Below are positions 32,285 through 44,840 of a DNA stretch of 49,128 bases, piece after piece. This stretch comes from Nemertoderma westbladi (taxonomy: Eukaryota > Animalia > Xenacoelomorpha). Both the position numbers and the translations under genes were made by a program. Within the stretch, counting starts at the first letter, position 1. Each line of letters begins with the position of its first letter. The stretch lies in NCBI GenBank assembly GCA_032718475.1, contig JAUCBJ010003680.1, positions 1 through 49,128 of the forward strand. The letters run 5' to 3'. Under the pieces are notes generated by a model. That model was given only the letters and a program-made list of their open reading frames with translations. It had not been told where the DNA came from and searched no databases.

Positions 32285-35129
32285 GGTCAGGGTGACATGG
32301 TCGCTCTGGCAATGGAATATAACATCGACATCATCTGCATCCAAGAACATCGGATTTGTCATGAAGACACTGCCATGAAGTACAATGACATAGGAAATGG
32401 ATGGACGTTAGTAACAAGCTCAGCAGTAAGAAACTCGGCCAATCCATCAATTGGTGGAGTAGGAATTCTGCTAAGCCCATTTGCACTTAAGACCCTAAAC
32501 AACATCGAATCTATAAATTCCAGGGTTATGATCGCAACATTTGATGGGAATCCCAAGGCAACAGTTATATGTTGCTACAGTCCAACCAATGCCTCAGAGC
32601 CAGAACAAGCAGTCAAGTTTTATGAAGAACTGACTGGACTTATAAAGGACATTCCGAAACACAATGTTAAAGTCATTGCTGGTGACCTGAATGCCCAAAT
32701 TGGACCAGAAGACATCAAGGGTTACACCTATAACACCAGTTCTAACAGAAATGGGTACTTACTTTTAGACCTAATGGAAGAATGTGAATTGATACCAACA
32801 AACAACACATTCGAAAAGAGTAAGGGGAAGCTATGGACCTTTCAATACCCTAAAGGAACCAAAGCACAACTGGATTACATCCTCATAAACAAAAAGTGGA
32901 GAAACAGCATGATCAACTGCGAGGCATACAGCTCGTTCAACCTAATTGGTTCGGACCACAGAATTGTGACTGCAGAGATCAGACTCAGTTTGAGAGCCAG
33001 CAAACCCAGGACAAGCAAGCAAATCAAATATGACTGGGAAAAACTCAGAACTGACAATGCTGTAAAGGATGCTTGTACAGTAGAAGTTCAAAACCGCTTT
33101 GAAGCACTTCAGTCAATGGATGAAGACCAATCCACCAATTCAATATACCAGAATATAATAACAGCCCACAAGGAATCAGCTAAGAGGCATATCCCCCAGA
33201 AACCCAAACGAAAACAATATGTGCCATGGCAAAACTCTGAGGTTACTTGTAAGAGAGAAGATCTTAAGATAGCCTACAAAGTTAAAACCGAACAACCAAC
33301 AACCGAAAACATTAACAAGGTTGAGAAACCTAAGGACGATCTTAAATTGGCCTACAACATCAGCCAGGAAAAGTACATACAGGATAAATCTGAAGCAATT
33401 ACAACTGCTCACATACAGCAACAATCAAGACTTACCTGGCAAACTGTAAATGAGGTATCTGGTCGGAAAAGTTGTGCAAAGGGGCGCCTCAAAGCCGATA
33501 GTCCTGAAGAACGTGTTGGGAAGTGGAAAAATCACTTCAGCAACTTGCTTGGGCAGCCACCAAACATCGAGGTCAGCCCTACAAAGTAAATATATGACAA
33601 GACACTACCTATAGAAACAGGGGACTTCACACATTCCGAACTCCAAAGAAGCATTAAAAGCATGTCCAATAATAAATCGAGTGGATTAGATGAAATCCCA
33701 GCGGAGGTATGGAAAACCGGAGTGCTAAACAGACCATTATTGAATGTTTGCAACCGGATGTTAAAAGGGGAAAAGCCACCACCAATTTGGACTAAAGGTC
33801 AACTAAAGCCTCTCCCCAAGAAAGGAGACCTCGGCATACCAACAAACTATCGTGGGATCTGTCTGCTTGTGGTAGCTGCCAAAATATACAATAAAATGAT
33901 TCTATATAGGATTATTAGGCCTCACATAGAGAAACTACTGCGTAAGAGCCAAAACGGATTTCGACCAAGTAGATCAACAATAGCTCAGATACTTGCACTA
34001 CGGAGACTGATTGAAGGAATTAAGTCAAAGAATCTCCCCGCTGTTATGACTTTTGTGGACTTCAAGAAGGCATTCGACTCCATCCATAGAGAATTTGAAA
34101 AAATGCTTGAAATCCTAAGAGCATATGGAATACCAAAAGTAATTGTTGCTGGCATTGGATTGTTATATTGTGACACAGAAGCGCAGGTACTCTCACCAGA
34201 TGGTGAAACTGAGTTTTTCTCAATCCTGGCTGGCGTACTGCAAGGTGACACATTAGCACCATTACTATTTGTAATTGTGCTGAATTACGCAATGAGGACG
34301 GCCACAAAGGGTGAAGACCTGGGATTCACACTTCAAGAACGCAGAAGTAGTAGATATCCGGCAACTACAGTCACAGACACCGACTTTGCGGATGACATCG
34401 ACCTGCTCTCTAATACCCTAGCAGATGCACAACTTCTACTAAATAAAATGGAGAGGGCTGCTAAGGAGGTTGGATTGCATATAAATGCTACAAAGACCGA
34501 ATTCATGACCTTTAATGTTGATGGAAACTTGACAACCATTGATAATAATCAACTAAGGAAGGTCGATGACTTCCAGTACCTTGGATCATGGATAGAGAGT
34601 AGCAAAAAGGACATAGAAGTTAGGAAAGCAAAGGCTTGGGTAGCTCTATCAAAAATGGATACCATCTGGAAATCAGATCTCTCCAGGCACCTGAAGACTA
34701 AGTTCTTTCGAGCCACAGTGGAAAGTGTATTTTTATATGGGGGTGAGACCTGGACACTGACTAAATCACATGAACAACGAATTGATGGTTGCTACAAAAG
34801 ACTACTAAGGGCAGCCCTAAACATCAGCTGGAGACAACACATGACAAACTCCGAGCTTTATGGTACAATACCATATCAACCACCCTCCGTGAACGCAGAT
34901 TAAGATTCAGTGGGCACTGCTGGCGAAGTAAAGACGAGGTCATACCAGATCTACTTTTCTGGCAACCAACTCATGGAAAGCGTAGTCGTGGACGACCGGC
35001 CATAACATATATAGATCAACTTGAAAGGGATACTGAACTTAGGAGAAACGAAATTGCGACAACTATGGAGAATCGGGAAGGATCTCATTTCCACTGTCCG
35101 AGTTCGCTCGACCTAGTAGTAGTAGTAGT
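32285..35129 (+). mobile_element. RTE-clade LINE (second family), slightly 5'-truncated, with stop and frameshift
   Basis: ORFs 32297-33589 (APE) and 33662-34903 (RT, TDFADD); (TAG)n tail; TSD AAGAATAT at 32277-32284 and 35130-35137; empty site near 15881. Confidence 0.95.
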
Positions 35130-36278
35130 AAGAATATTAATTTGGATAATATAAGACAAGCGAAACAAACAAAAAACGATACACAATTACAAGAAATAGA
35201 ATGGAACATGGAACAGGGTAAGGCACAGGTAATAAAAAGATATACAAAATATGAGGCGGATCCTGGGACAGTTACATCTAGAGTTAGAACATTAGACGGT
35301 GACTAATGAGATTGAAACATTAGTGGTAGAAGATAGCGAGATTTACAATAATTGGTCGCTGCAATAAAAACGTATGATGGTTGACGAAACAATGGAAAAC
35401 AAAACGCGGGATTGTACCTGAATAACTAACAATAATAGTAGTTAGGAGGCGAGGGCGATAAGTACAGCGATAGATAATTTTAACAAGGAAAAATGTCTCA
35501 ACACAAAACATAATTAATTGTTGATTAATCACAACAATACAAACAAATAAGCCTACAACAAATTACAAACAAAACAAACAAGTTACAAGCAAAAGATATA
35601 ACAGATCGCGTGGTCGGGGTCAGCAAGCCAAGCAACAAATTGTATTTCATAAATAATCATGATAATATATTTACAACAAATTACTATTTACAAATTACAA
35701 ACAAATTACATTCAAAAACATGCAGGATAGTTCGTGTTGTGGGGCTTAGCAAGCTGGTTTACAAATATACTTTATTTAACTTCTTTACGAAGTTTTAGAA
35801 GGCGGGATATAAAACTTGGTAATTCTGGCTTGTCCATTATATCCGGTAAGGGTATATCTAGATTCTCCGAATTGAGGAAACTAAGGCGATAATCGGAATA
35901 GTTTGGACATTTAAGAACGATTCGTCCTCGACCGAACCGCACTTTCACAGACGTACATATCATTGGTTATTAATTCTCTACATTTTCCTATTATCACTAT
36001 GAATGTATGTAACTAACTATAATTATATATCTATGTTTACTATATAAGTAATGTTTAGTATTAGCAATTTTTAATTTGGTACACGTGCTACTAAAACACA
36101 AGCTGTAACACAAGCTACCCGCTACCATTACAACCGCTGGAAACACAGTACAATACTTTTGCATTAATACAATGTTCTCTATTTGGGATGGAGTGATTCA
36201 TGCGCATTGTCATTAACGAGTTAGGGAGTGTTTATGTTATATAACACTTTTTATTATGGTGTTCTGTCACAGAAAACC

Positions 36279-37559
36279 TCACTGAATAGTATCCGAAGAT
36301 TTCTTCAAACACATCAAAATCATCAGCGCCAAAAGAAACGGAACTCCTGTGAGACTTATGAGAGAAGAAGCTGTTTGAAATCCCAGATAATCGTTTAGTA
36401 AACCTCCGCCAACTGCTCCCACAATATTTCCAACATACATGGAGATTTTAAATAATTGTAAGAGTACTGATCTCGTGTCAACGTTATCAGAAAATCCACT
36501 TTCTTGAATTGCGAGGCGTGTTTGAGCTTCTAGAGCTGTTGTTTGAAATAATCCAGCCCCTATTCCTAATATGACACAGCCAATCAATGAAATTGTAAGG
36601 GAATGTGGTAAGCCTAGCTCTTGTGTTGGCCCTATCAGTTGCATTGAAATCACTAAAACCAGGGTTCCGAGTATGCTTGGATAAATGGTATTCATTTTCT
36701 TCATAAAAAAGCTCATCAGCAAACCAGTCGATCCTTGACAAACAGGATATATCATGAAAGCAAGCCCGATGTTATACTGGTTGACATTGTAGTTGTTATA
36801 AAGGTAAGCGGCGTAATTCGCCATGGAAAAATATACGACCACTGCTTCGTAAATGTGTAAAATGAAGATTAATAAAATTCCTGGGTGTTTCAGAATTACC
36901 AGATAAGTTGGTCTTTCTTCGGTAGAATCAAATCTATCGTAGAGTTGTGTGGGAGCTTCAATGCAGCAGTAAAGGACAAGAAAAAGGAAAAACATACCAG
37001 ATATGATAAATGGGAATTCGAAGCCCAATTTGTAAAACACTACTGAACCAAAAATCGGCGAAATTGTGTAGCCCAGTGTCTCAATAACTAGAGATATGCT
37101 GCACAAAAAACTTCTATTTGTTGTGCACAATTCCATTAATAGACTATAAGAATACACATAACTAATTGTTAGTCCAACTCCTTCAAATAGACGCAAGGTG
37201 AAACAGACTAATATATGTAACTCATTGACTGGAATATATTCCACAAATCCAAAAAGTAGTTGGGCAACAGATCCAATGACTCCAAATAGACCCAATGAAA
37301 TCCGCGTTCCCCAGTTGCTGATTCGATGAGGAAAGACTATATAGATAAAAAGTTGTACAAAAGAGAATGTTGCTAATAAAGAGCCAATGAGAGTCTTTGT
37401 CCAACCTCGAGATTCGACCACAATAGGAAAGAATGATTCTAAAAGGTTGAGACACCAGCAGGGGACCATCTGATAAACCAGCAACAGAACCACCAAGATT
37501 TTATACCTCCATCCAGTTCTATTAGTTACACTTTCATTATGGGAACCAAATACTTTCAT
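36279..37559 (-). CDS. Intronless MFS transporter, SLC18B1-like, paralogue B (426 aa)
   Basis: About 16 aa differences from paralogue A, same length, intact ORF. Confidence 0.85.
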   Translation of the reverse strand: MKVFGSHNESVTNRTGWRYKILVVLLLVYQMVPCWCLNLLESFFPIVVESRGWTKTLIGSLLATFSFVQLFIYIVFPHRISNWGTRISLGLFGVIGSVAQLLFGFVEYIPVNELHILVCFTLRLFEGVGLTISYVYSYSLLMELCTTNRSFLCSISLVIETLGYTISPIFGSVVFYKLGFEFPFIISGMFFLFLVLYCCIEAPTQLYDRFDSTEERPTYLVILKHPGILLIFILHIYEAVVVYFSMANYAAYLYNNYNVNQYNIGLAFMIYPVCQGSTGLLMSFFMKKMNTIYPSILGTLVLVISMQLIGPTQELGLPHSLTISLIGCVILGIGAGLFQTTALEAQTRLAIQESGFSDNVDTRSVLLQLFKISMYVGNIVGAVGGGLLNDYLGFQTASSLISLTGVPFLLALMILMCLKKSSDTIQ

Positions 37560-37919
37560 TATAGCAATGTTTATTGACTAAGATTAAAGAGTTAATAATA
37601 ATATATGCAAAAGGCCAAGACTCTACGTTATATAAGCCTATTTATACCAATTACTTAATTTATTATTTTTTGTCAAAAAAAATATATTTTTATTAACTAA
37701 AAATAACTGAATAAGTAGTAAAGTAACTAGTAGGTTTATCATATACTTCTCATATTCTCTGAAACCCAGGTTCAATAACATGTCAACTAAGATGACCTGT
37801 TCCACGTCTTAAAATAATTATTCAGTACTCGAGTAACATGCCTAGAGAGAACTGTTACTTTATAATAATTATTGAGCCAGTAGTGGATGTTGCCATCACT
37901 CCCATATTCATGCTGCAAG

Positions 37920-38105
37920 TATGCTGAACGTGAACATACATGAGCTGAGCAAGAGACTGAATCAAAGGCCTTGAAGAAGTCAACAAAGATAACTGAGATG
38001 ATAACCAGATGTCTGACTTTCTTTTTCAATAACTCTTCAATTATCCTTGTAAGCGCTAGAATGGCTCCATGATGGTCCCACAACCTTTACGGAATCCATT
38101 CTTAT
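37920..38105 (-). mobile_element. Short RTE RT relic
   Basis: ILALTRIIEE...FVDFFKAFDSV. Confidence 0.75.
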
Positions 38106-38379
38106 GTTTGGTAGATTCTCAATGTGGTCCTCCAAACCCATTGAGGAGTCAGTATGTAACTAATGTCTAGTTTTACCCTATTCCCCTTGATGTAAAATTT
38201 GCCGAGAGCAATAAATTAATTACATATAATTTTTATATTGGCAGTAATTATTAAAACCGCATTATTGATGCCATCGTATCACCATTACATTACCATCTTT
38301 TAGATAAGCAGATCTAACTAATTTTTTATTTAAATAAATAAATATCACCAGTGCAGCAATCATCCTCTCACAACTTTTT

Positions 38380-38680
38380 CGAGAGACAACGGACTTCCTG
38401 GGGGCGCCGAAGTAAACCTGAGAAACTCAGACAATTCGAGTGAAACCTCGGGAGATAACAGACTTCCTGGGGGCACTGAAGTAAACCCGAGAAACTCTGA
38501 CAATTCGAGCGAAACTTTGGGAGAGAACGGACTTCCTGGGGGCTCCAAAGTAAACCCGAGAAACTCTGACAATTTGAGCGAAACTTTGCGAGACATCGGA
38601 CTTCCTGGGGGCACCGAAGTAAACCCGAGAAACTCCGACAATTCGAGTGGAACTTCGGGAGCTAATTGACTTCCTGGTTG
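38380..38680 (+). repeat. 69-bp tandem repeat (~4.3 units; GLPGGxEVNPRNSDNSSETxGxN)
   Basis: gacttcctgg recurs every 69 bp from ~38391 to ~38667. Confidence 0.9.
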
Positions 38681-39646
38681 TGGCAACCTAGCTAAACCGG
38701 TTTGGGGGAGCGGCCTGGGAATCCATACAGCTGTACCCCAGTCCGGATTGGCTCTTCTCACATAGACCTGAACATCAGTGCACCTGCTGAGGCACCAAAC
38801 TCTATTAAATGTAGAGACAGTCATGTGAATCCAGGCGAGGTAAACACTATCCGGGACAGTAAGCTGGTTAATCTGGATGAGGTAAACCTGATCTGGGACA
38901 GCCGGGTTTATGTAAATGGGGAGGACTTGATCCGGAGTCTGTCAATGGGGACGAGTCAGATAACCCAATGGGGACGACTCAGATAACCCAATCTGGGACA
39001 GCTGTGTTAATACGAATGATGTAATCTTGATCCGGGACATTCACTCTATTCCTGCCCATCCTTCAATGACCAGCAAGCAGCTGATCCAACCCAATATCAA
39101 AGGACTGAAGGCACCCATCTTTCATCTAAACCTGGCAAATCTTGTGACGATCCTGCCCAAGAACAATTGAATGGAGGCGCTCCTCCTCCATCTAAACCCA
39201 GGGTACACCACCATGGTCCCACCCAAGATCTGGTGATCAGAGGCTCACCTCCTTTTACTGAATCAGGCGATGACCCATCACAGACCACCCCAAAGCATGT
39301 TGGCCTGGGATACCATACGACATATGACCTGGCTTGGGGGTGTCTGGGAAAATATAATAGACCTAAGTCCCTAAATCCGCAGAGTAGTAGCTCTCTTCAT
39401 CTGTCTAAAACAGGTGAATCTGGCGATGTTCCCACCCATGACCCTGGGATTGGATGCACTCCATTTTCATCTAAATCCGGTGAATACTGAGCTGTCTCAT
39501 TTCGTGATCTGGAGATTGGAGGCTCAACTCCGCTGACTGAACCAGTTGAGCTATTAAACCAATCTAACAAACTGACTCCTGAACCTAATAAACGCAAGTA
39601 TATTTATAAAGTCTTTGCTCAACCATCTCAAATCCACAGTAGCATA

Positions 39647-40300
39647 TTGGATGATACAAGCACAATAATTAACTATTTAAATAGTTTAACCAAAGATGCC
39701 ACACCTGGAATGGTCCTTCCTTTTCCTGAAGCTTACAGCTCTTTGAAGCCTGGTCAATGGATAAGTGACGATATTATCTCTGGCTTTCTTTCAATACTTG
39801 CGCAGGCTTCACCTAGTGTGGCTGCAATACCAATCCATCTTGGCACTATTGTGAGCTAGAATAGTTTTGATGAATGACTGCAATTAATTATTTCGCACGT
39901 CAATATTTGGGCCTATATCTCAAGAATCCACTTGACCTTCTTCTAATTCCAGAATTCATCAATAACAATCAATTTGTGCTTCATATGTTGGTAATACACA
40001 AAACAAATGAATATTTCTCCTTAACTCGCTTGGCCCTTCTTTGCCAACAGTGTCTACATATTCGCTGGCATCAATACTTAATAGGATTGATGAAGGCAAT
40101 GCACTTAGGACCAGGTCCTGTGGTAATGGAAATAAACTTTCATGGTCTACAACAGTGAAACACACCTCGTACCCCAAACAGTCAAACAGTTTTGACTATG
40201 GAATTTTTGTCCGTATTTATGCTCTAGCAGTTGTTCTGGACCGTGATCAAATCTCCAGGATTCATTTCGTTAGTGATAAAGCACAACAATGGGATCAAAG
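39647..40300 (+). pseudogene. Decayed Ulp1/SENP-like (peptidase C48) domain, probably transposon-borne
   Basis: SLKPGQWISDDIISGF, LLIPEFINNNQF (HW position), IFLLNSL (DSL position), PKQSNSFDYGIFV (QxNxxDCG) across stops and frameshifts. Confidence 0.7.
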
Positions 40301-40692
40301 CTGCCTTGAAGAAGTGAAAATTATCTGCCATAATGATGTTGATTTTGACCCAACTTTCCAGGTCAACTCTCAAAAGGGCACCAATACGAATTACAACAAA
40401 CATGAACTAATAGCACATGATAATTCAGTCCAAGGTGAATCAACAGCTGCAGGAATATCTAAGAAAAAGTGCGAACCATCGCTAGAGTTAATGAGCAGGT
40501 CCAAATTCGCGACTCAATATAAAAAGCACTTGTAGCCAACACAGAAAGGAGCTCTACTAAATACATACATTGTGGAGAACATTGCAGTTCGTGATGGTAC
40601 TGAAACTGTGATAAACCAGTTAACAATCCCGCAGTCTCAGACTTAGCTGAACTCAATGGTCTAGGCCTTCTTCAATACACAAGAAAAGTTGC

Positions 40693-42083
40693 TGGTAGCA
40701 GATAGGAGTAGCACCCACCCCTACCTTAGGGTAGCAGATAGGAGTAGCGCCCACCCCTACCGTCGGGTAGCCAATAGAAGCGCCCACCCCTACCTTATGG
40801 TAGCAGATAGGAGTAGCGCCCACCCCGACCTTCGGGTAACAGATAGGAGTAGCGCAAACCCTACCTACGGGTAGCAGATAGAAGTAACGCCGACCCCTAC
40901 CTTCGGGTAGCAGATAGGAGTAGCGCCTAGCCCTACCGTCGGGTAGCAGATAGGAGCAGCACCCACCCCTACCTTCGGGTAGCAGATAGGAGTAGCGCCT
41001 ACCCCTACCCTCGGGTAGCAGATAGGAGTAGCGCCCACCCTTACATTCGGGTAGCAGATAGGAGCAGCACCCACCCCTACCTTAGGGTAGCAGATAGGAG
41101 TAGCACCCACCCCTACCTTTGGGTAGCAGATAGGAGTAGCGCCCACCACTACCTTCGGGTAGCAGATAGGAGTAGCGCCCACCCCTACCGTCGGGTAGCC
41201 AATAGAAGCGCCCACCCCTACCTTAGGGTAGCAGATAGGAGTAGCGCCCACCCCTACCTTCGGGTAGCAGGTAGGAGTAGCCTCCACCCCTATCCTCGTG
41301 TAGCAGATAGGAGTAGCGCCCACCCCTACCTTCGGGTAGCAGATAGGAGTAGCGCCTAGCCCTACCCTCGGGTAGCAGATAGGAGTAGCACCCACCCCTA
41401 CCTTCGGGGAGCAGATAGGAGCAGCACCCACCCCTACCTTAGGGTAGCAGATAGGAGTAGCGCCCACCCCTACCTTTGGGTAGCAGATAGGAGTAGCGCC
41501 CACCCCTACCTTCGGGTAGCAGATAGGAGTAGCGCCCACCCCTACCTTCGGGTAGCAGATAGAAGTAGCGCCTAGCCCTACCCTCGGGTAGCAGATAGGA
41601 GTAGCACCCACCCCTACCTTCGGGTAGCAGATAGGAGTAGCGGCCACCCCTACCGTCGGGTAGCAGATAGGAGTAGCGCCCACCCCTACCTTCGGGTAGC
41701 AGATTGGAGTAGCGCCTAGCCCTACCATCGGGTAGCAGATAGGAGTAGCACCCATCCCTACCTTCGGGGAGCAGATAGGAGCAGCACCCACCCCTACCTT
41801 AGGGTAGCAGATAGGAGTAGCGCCCACCCCTACCCTCGGGTAGCAGATAAGAGTAGCGCCCACCCCTACCTACGGGTAGCAGATAGAAGTAGCGCCTAGC
41901 CCTACCCTCGGGTAGCAGATAGGAGTAGCATCCACCCCTACCTTAGGGTAGCAGATAGGAGTAGCGCCCACCCCTACCTTTGGGTAGCAGATAGGAGTAG
42001 CGCCCACCCCTACCTACGGGTAGCAGATAGGAGTAGCACCCACCCCTACCCTCGGGTAGCAGATAAGAGTAGCGCCCACCCCT
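40693..42083. repeat. 36-bp minisatellite, ~38 units
   Basis: Consensus gggtagcagataggagtagcgcccacccctaccttc. Confidence 0.97.
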
Positions 42084-42362
42084 GCCTGTCATTGCTTTCC
42101 TGGCTTCTATGTCTTTTTTGCTGATCAATCACCTTGCTGATCAATGACCCAAGTAGTTTGGAATATAGACGTATCGAGCGCCTTTTTTAGGTCTATGTTT
42201 ATGGTGTTTTCTAGTTACATATGTCAGAGTGCTGTACTAAATTGGACAAAACTGTGTTCCTGGTTACAATTCAGTATTGTGGTTACAAATATGAGCAACC
42301 AGTTATAAATTAGACTGCCTAGTTCCAAGTCAAAGTAAATAGTAATAAATCCAAGCTCCATG

Positions 42363-42822
42363 TAACAAAATATGTAATATAAATAGATAGAGAGTGGCTT
42401 TGCAGCAAGTTGTAGTAGCTTGTCATATCGAATTTGCGTGGACCTTAAAGTTGGAAAACAACAATTCTGTGCTGGCTTGTCGACAAAATTGCGCCACCAA
42501 AACTCCCTATCACCCATGACAATTGCTAGATCATCCGCATCTTCAAAGCCAGTGTCCTTTAAGATGCGTCTCATGTCTTGGGCTGTCCACCATGCTTATT
42601 CACTCTATGAGGCTGCCAAAGCACAAGATAATGCTCTGGCTGGTCCTCAAGGTGAAAGCAATGCCCTGCAAAGCGGAGGCGGCTTAGTTCTAGTGTCTTG
42701 GGGGAACCAATGAGACACCTCCAATGATACAAACCGGTCTACCTTAGTTATGTAATTGATGTTTTAATGAAATTGTAATTAATTAATTGTTATATGTTTT
42801 CTATATTTAATTATATTGACTG
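42363..42822 (-). repeat. RTE 3'-end fragment plus flanks; left arm of an inverted duplication (partner 44369-44840)
   Basis: Reverse complement matches 44369-44840; encodes RLRFAGHCF...KDTGFEDADDL. Confidence 0.88.
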
Positions 42823-42879
42823 CAGTCGTTTACTATATTTGCCATGCGGGAATGTAGTTTTTGAGTCAGAGTAAGCGCA

Positions 42880-43110
42880 TCAAGATTGAAACAGTTCGTG
42901 ATGAAGTTTGCAGATTAGTGGGCAGTGACTTGCGTAAGAAAGCAATTGCATTTTTTATTATTGTTTGATACTCATCTGAATAGTCCAGATCACTTTCCAA
43001 TTCCTCATCTTCGAGCTGTATACCGATTTCCATATCGGCTTCTAAGAGTCGTTGATTCAAATCTTTAAACATCTCCAGCAATGTTGTCCTCTCAGCTTCG
43101 TCAAGTTGCT
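42880..43110 (-). pseudogene. Possible LTR-retrotransposon Gag N-terminal relic
   Basis: LLEADMEIGIQLEDEELESDLDYSDEYQTII resembles the acidic helical N-terminus of BEL-type Gag; short and isolated. Confidence 0.35.
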
Positions 43111-43845
43111 AATTGTCGTTGTAATGTGTGTGTCATTTTTGTAAATAGTTAGTTAATTATTAAATTAGAGAAATATGTATATGTAATCGTAATATTGTGT
43201 TTTTAATACTGTTCATGGGCGGTTCAATAATCAGAAGAATATTCAACAATCCCACCAGCAATAATAATGACTCAGCAGGTAACGATGATAATATCTTCAT
43301 TGTAAGAAGCATTAGTTGATAATGAACTGTAAGACCAAGTTGTCAAGGATCATTCAGATCAATGGATTGGAGTTACGAAAGTTAGACCAAATAATTCATC
43401 GAAAATCCAACCATGGGTCATCCCAACACAATAGGTTTGAACAACTTCGAGACAGTGGATGTTCTGAAAATACAGAAAACAGTCGCAGTAGCTGCTATGA
43501 GAACCAAACTCCATGGTCGAGAATACGAATAACAGAAACCAGGGAACTGTATAAAATACAAAATAATAATACGAAAACCAGTTCACACTTCACAGTACCG
43601 TATATCAGACAGTCAGAACTAGATAATAGGTTGAGGTAAGTTTCACCGACACTACCCAAACAGAACAAGACTGAAATCAGGTAAACTGATAAATATTTGT
43701 AGGCCTACCGGTCCCGGTATAGCAGTATTGTGCACCATCTTGATGACATTGCGGCTATGGAAGCATTTTTTATTAAGTTCTTGGTTGGGAATTTATTTAT
43801 TGGTATTACTGGGATACATTATACTGCATAAGTATAATGGATGTA

Positions 43846-43994
43846 TTGCTCATTGTTGCTCGTTGTTGCTCATTGTTACTCGTTGTTGATCATTGTTGCT
43901 CGTTGTTGCTCGTTGTTGCTCATTGTTGCTCGTTGTTTTTTCATTGTTGTTCGTTGTTGGTCATTGTTGCTCGTTGTGCATTTTAGCACCTACC
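43846..43994 (-). mobile_element. Displaced right end of the Foldback/Mutator-like element
   Basis: Reverse complement of GGTAGGTGCTAAAATGCACAACGAGC... followed by CCTCAATTA (43995-44003) and the continuation of the LINE RT. Confidence 0.8.
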
Positions 43995-44368
43995 CCTCAA
44001 TTAGCCCATGGGCCAAGATATTGGAGAGGATTATGCTCAGCGATTTCCTCATAAACATTAAGGTGCACGATAAACAAACAGACTGCCTACCGGGATGAAA
44101 TCGGAACAGACATTGCCATGGCAACGGTCCTGGAATGTCTGAACCATAATCTACACACGAAGAGCTTTTCCTTGCGGTTTCCCCTTTTCCCCTACGGTTT
44201 TCCTTTGCCAACTCGACATTGAGTCAGCGTTTACTCAGTGGATATTACAATACTGGGGAAGAGGATGCTGGAATACGTCAATCCACACAAAGTTGCTACA
44301 ATTCTCAATTACTACCGTCTAGTTACCATATTCTTGAAGTTCGGGATGTGGGTGGATGGAGAGGGCTT

Positions 44369-44840
44369 CAGTCAATATAATTAAATATAGAAAACATATA
44401 ACAATTAATTAATTATAATTTCAATAAAACATCAATTACATAACTAAGGTAGACCGGTTTGTATCATTGGAGGTGTCTCATTGGTTCCCCCAAGCTTGAC
44501 ACTAGAACAAAGCCGCCTCCGCTTTGCAGGACATTGCTTTCGCCGTGAGGACCAGTCAGTGCATAATCTTTTACTTTGGCAGCCTCATGGAGTGAATAAG
44601 CATGGTGGACAGCCCATGACTTTGTTGAGACGCATCGTAAAGGACACTGGCTTTGAAGATGCGGATGATCTAGCAATTGTCATGGGTGATAGGGAGTTGT
44701 GACGGCACAATTTTGTCGACAAGCCGGCACAGAATTTTTGTTTTCCAACTTTAAGGTCCACGCAAATTCGATATGTCAAGATACTACAACTTGCTGCAAA
44801 GCCACTCACTATCTATTTATTTATATTACGCATTTTGTTA
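44369..44840 (+). repeat. Right arm of inverted duplication (RTE 3' fragment plus flanks)
   Basis: Reverse complement of 42363-42822. Confidence 0.88.

Larger units (their letters stand above)
30223..37780. repeat. Segmental duplication, copy B
   Basis: Matches copy A but lacks ~16690-22970 and the piggyBac MITE, and carries its own RTE insertion. Confidence 0.85.

Noticed and set aside
40865-41863. 332-aa GVGATPICYPKV protein on the minus strand
   Set aside because: Open frame follows from a stop-free 36-bp unit; no ATG start or unique flanking coding sequence.
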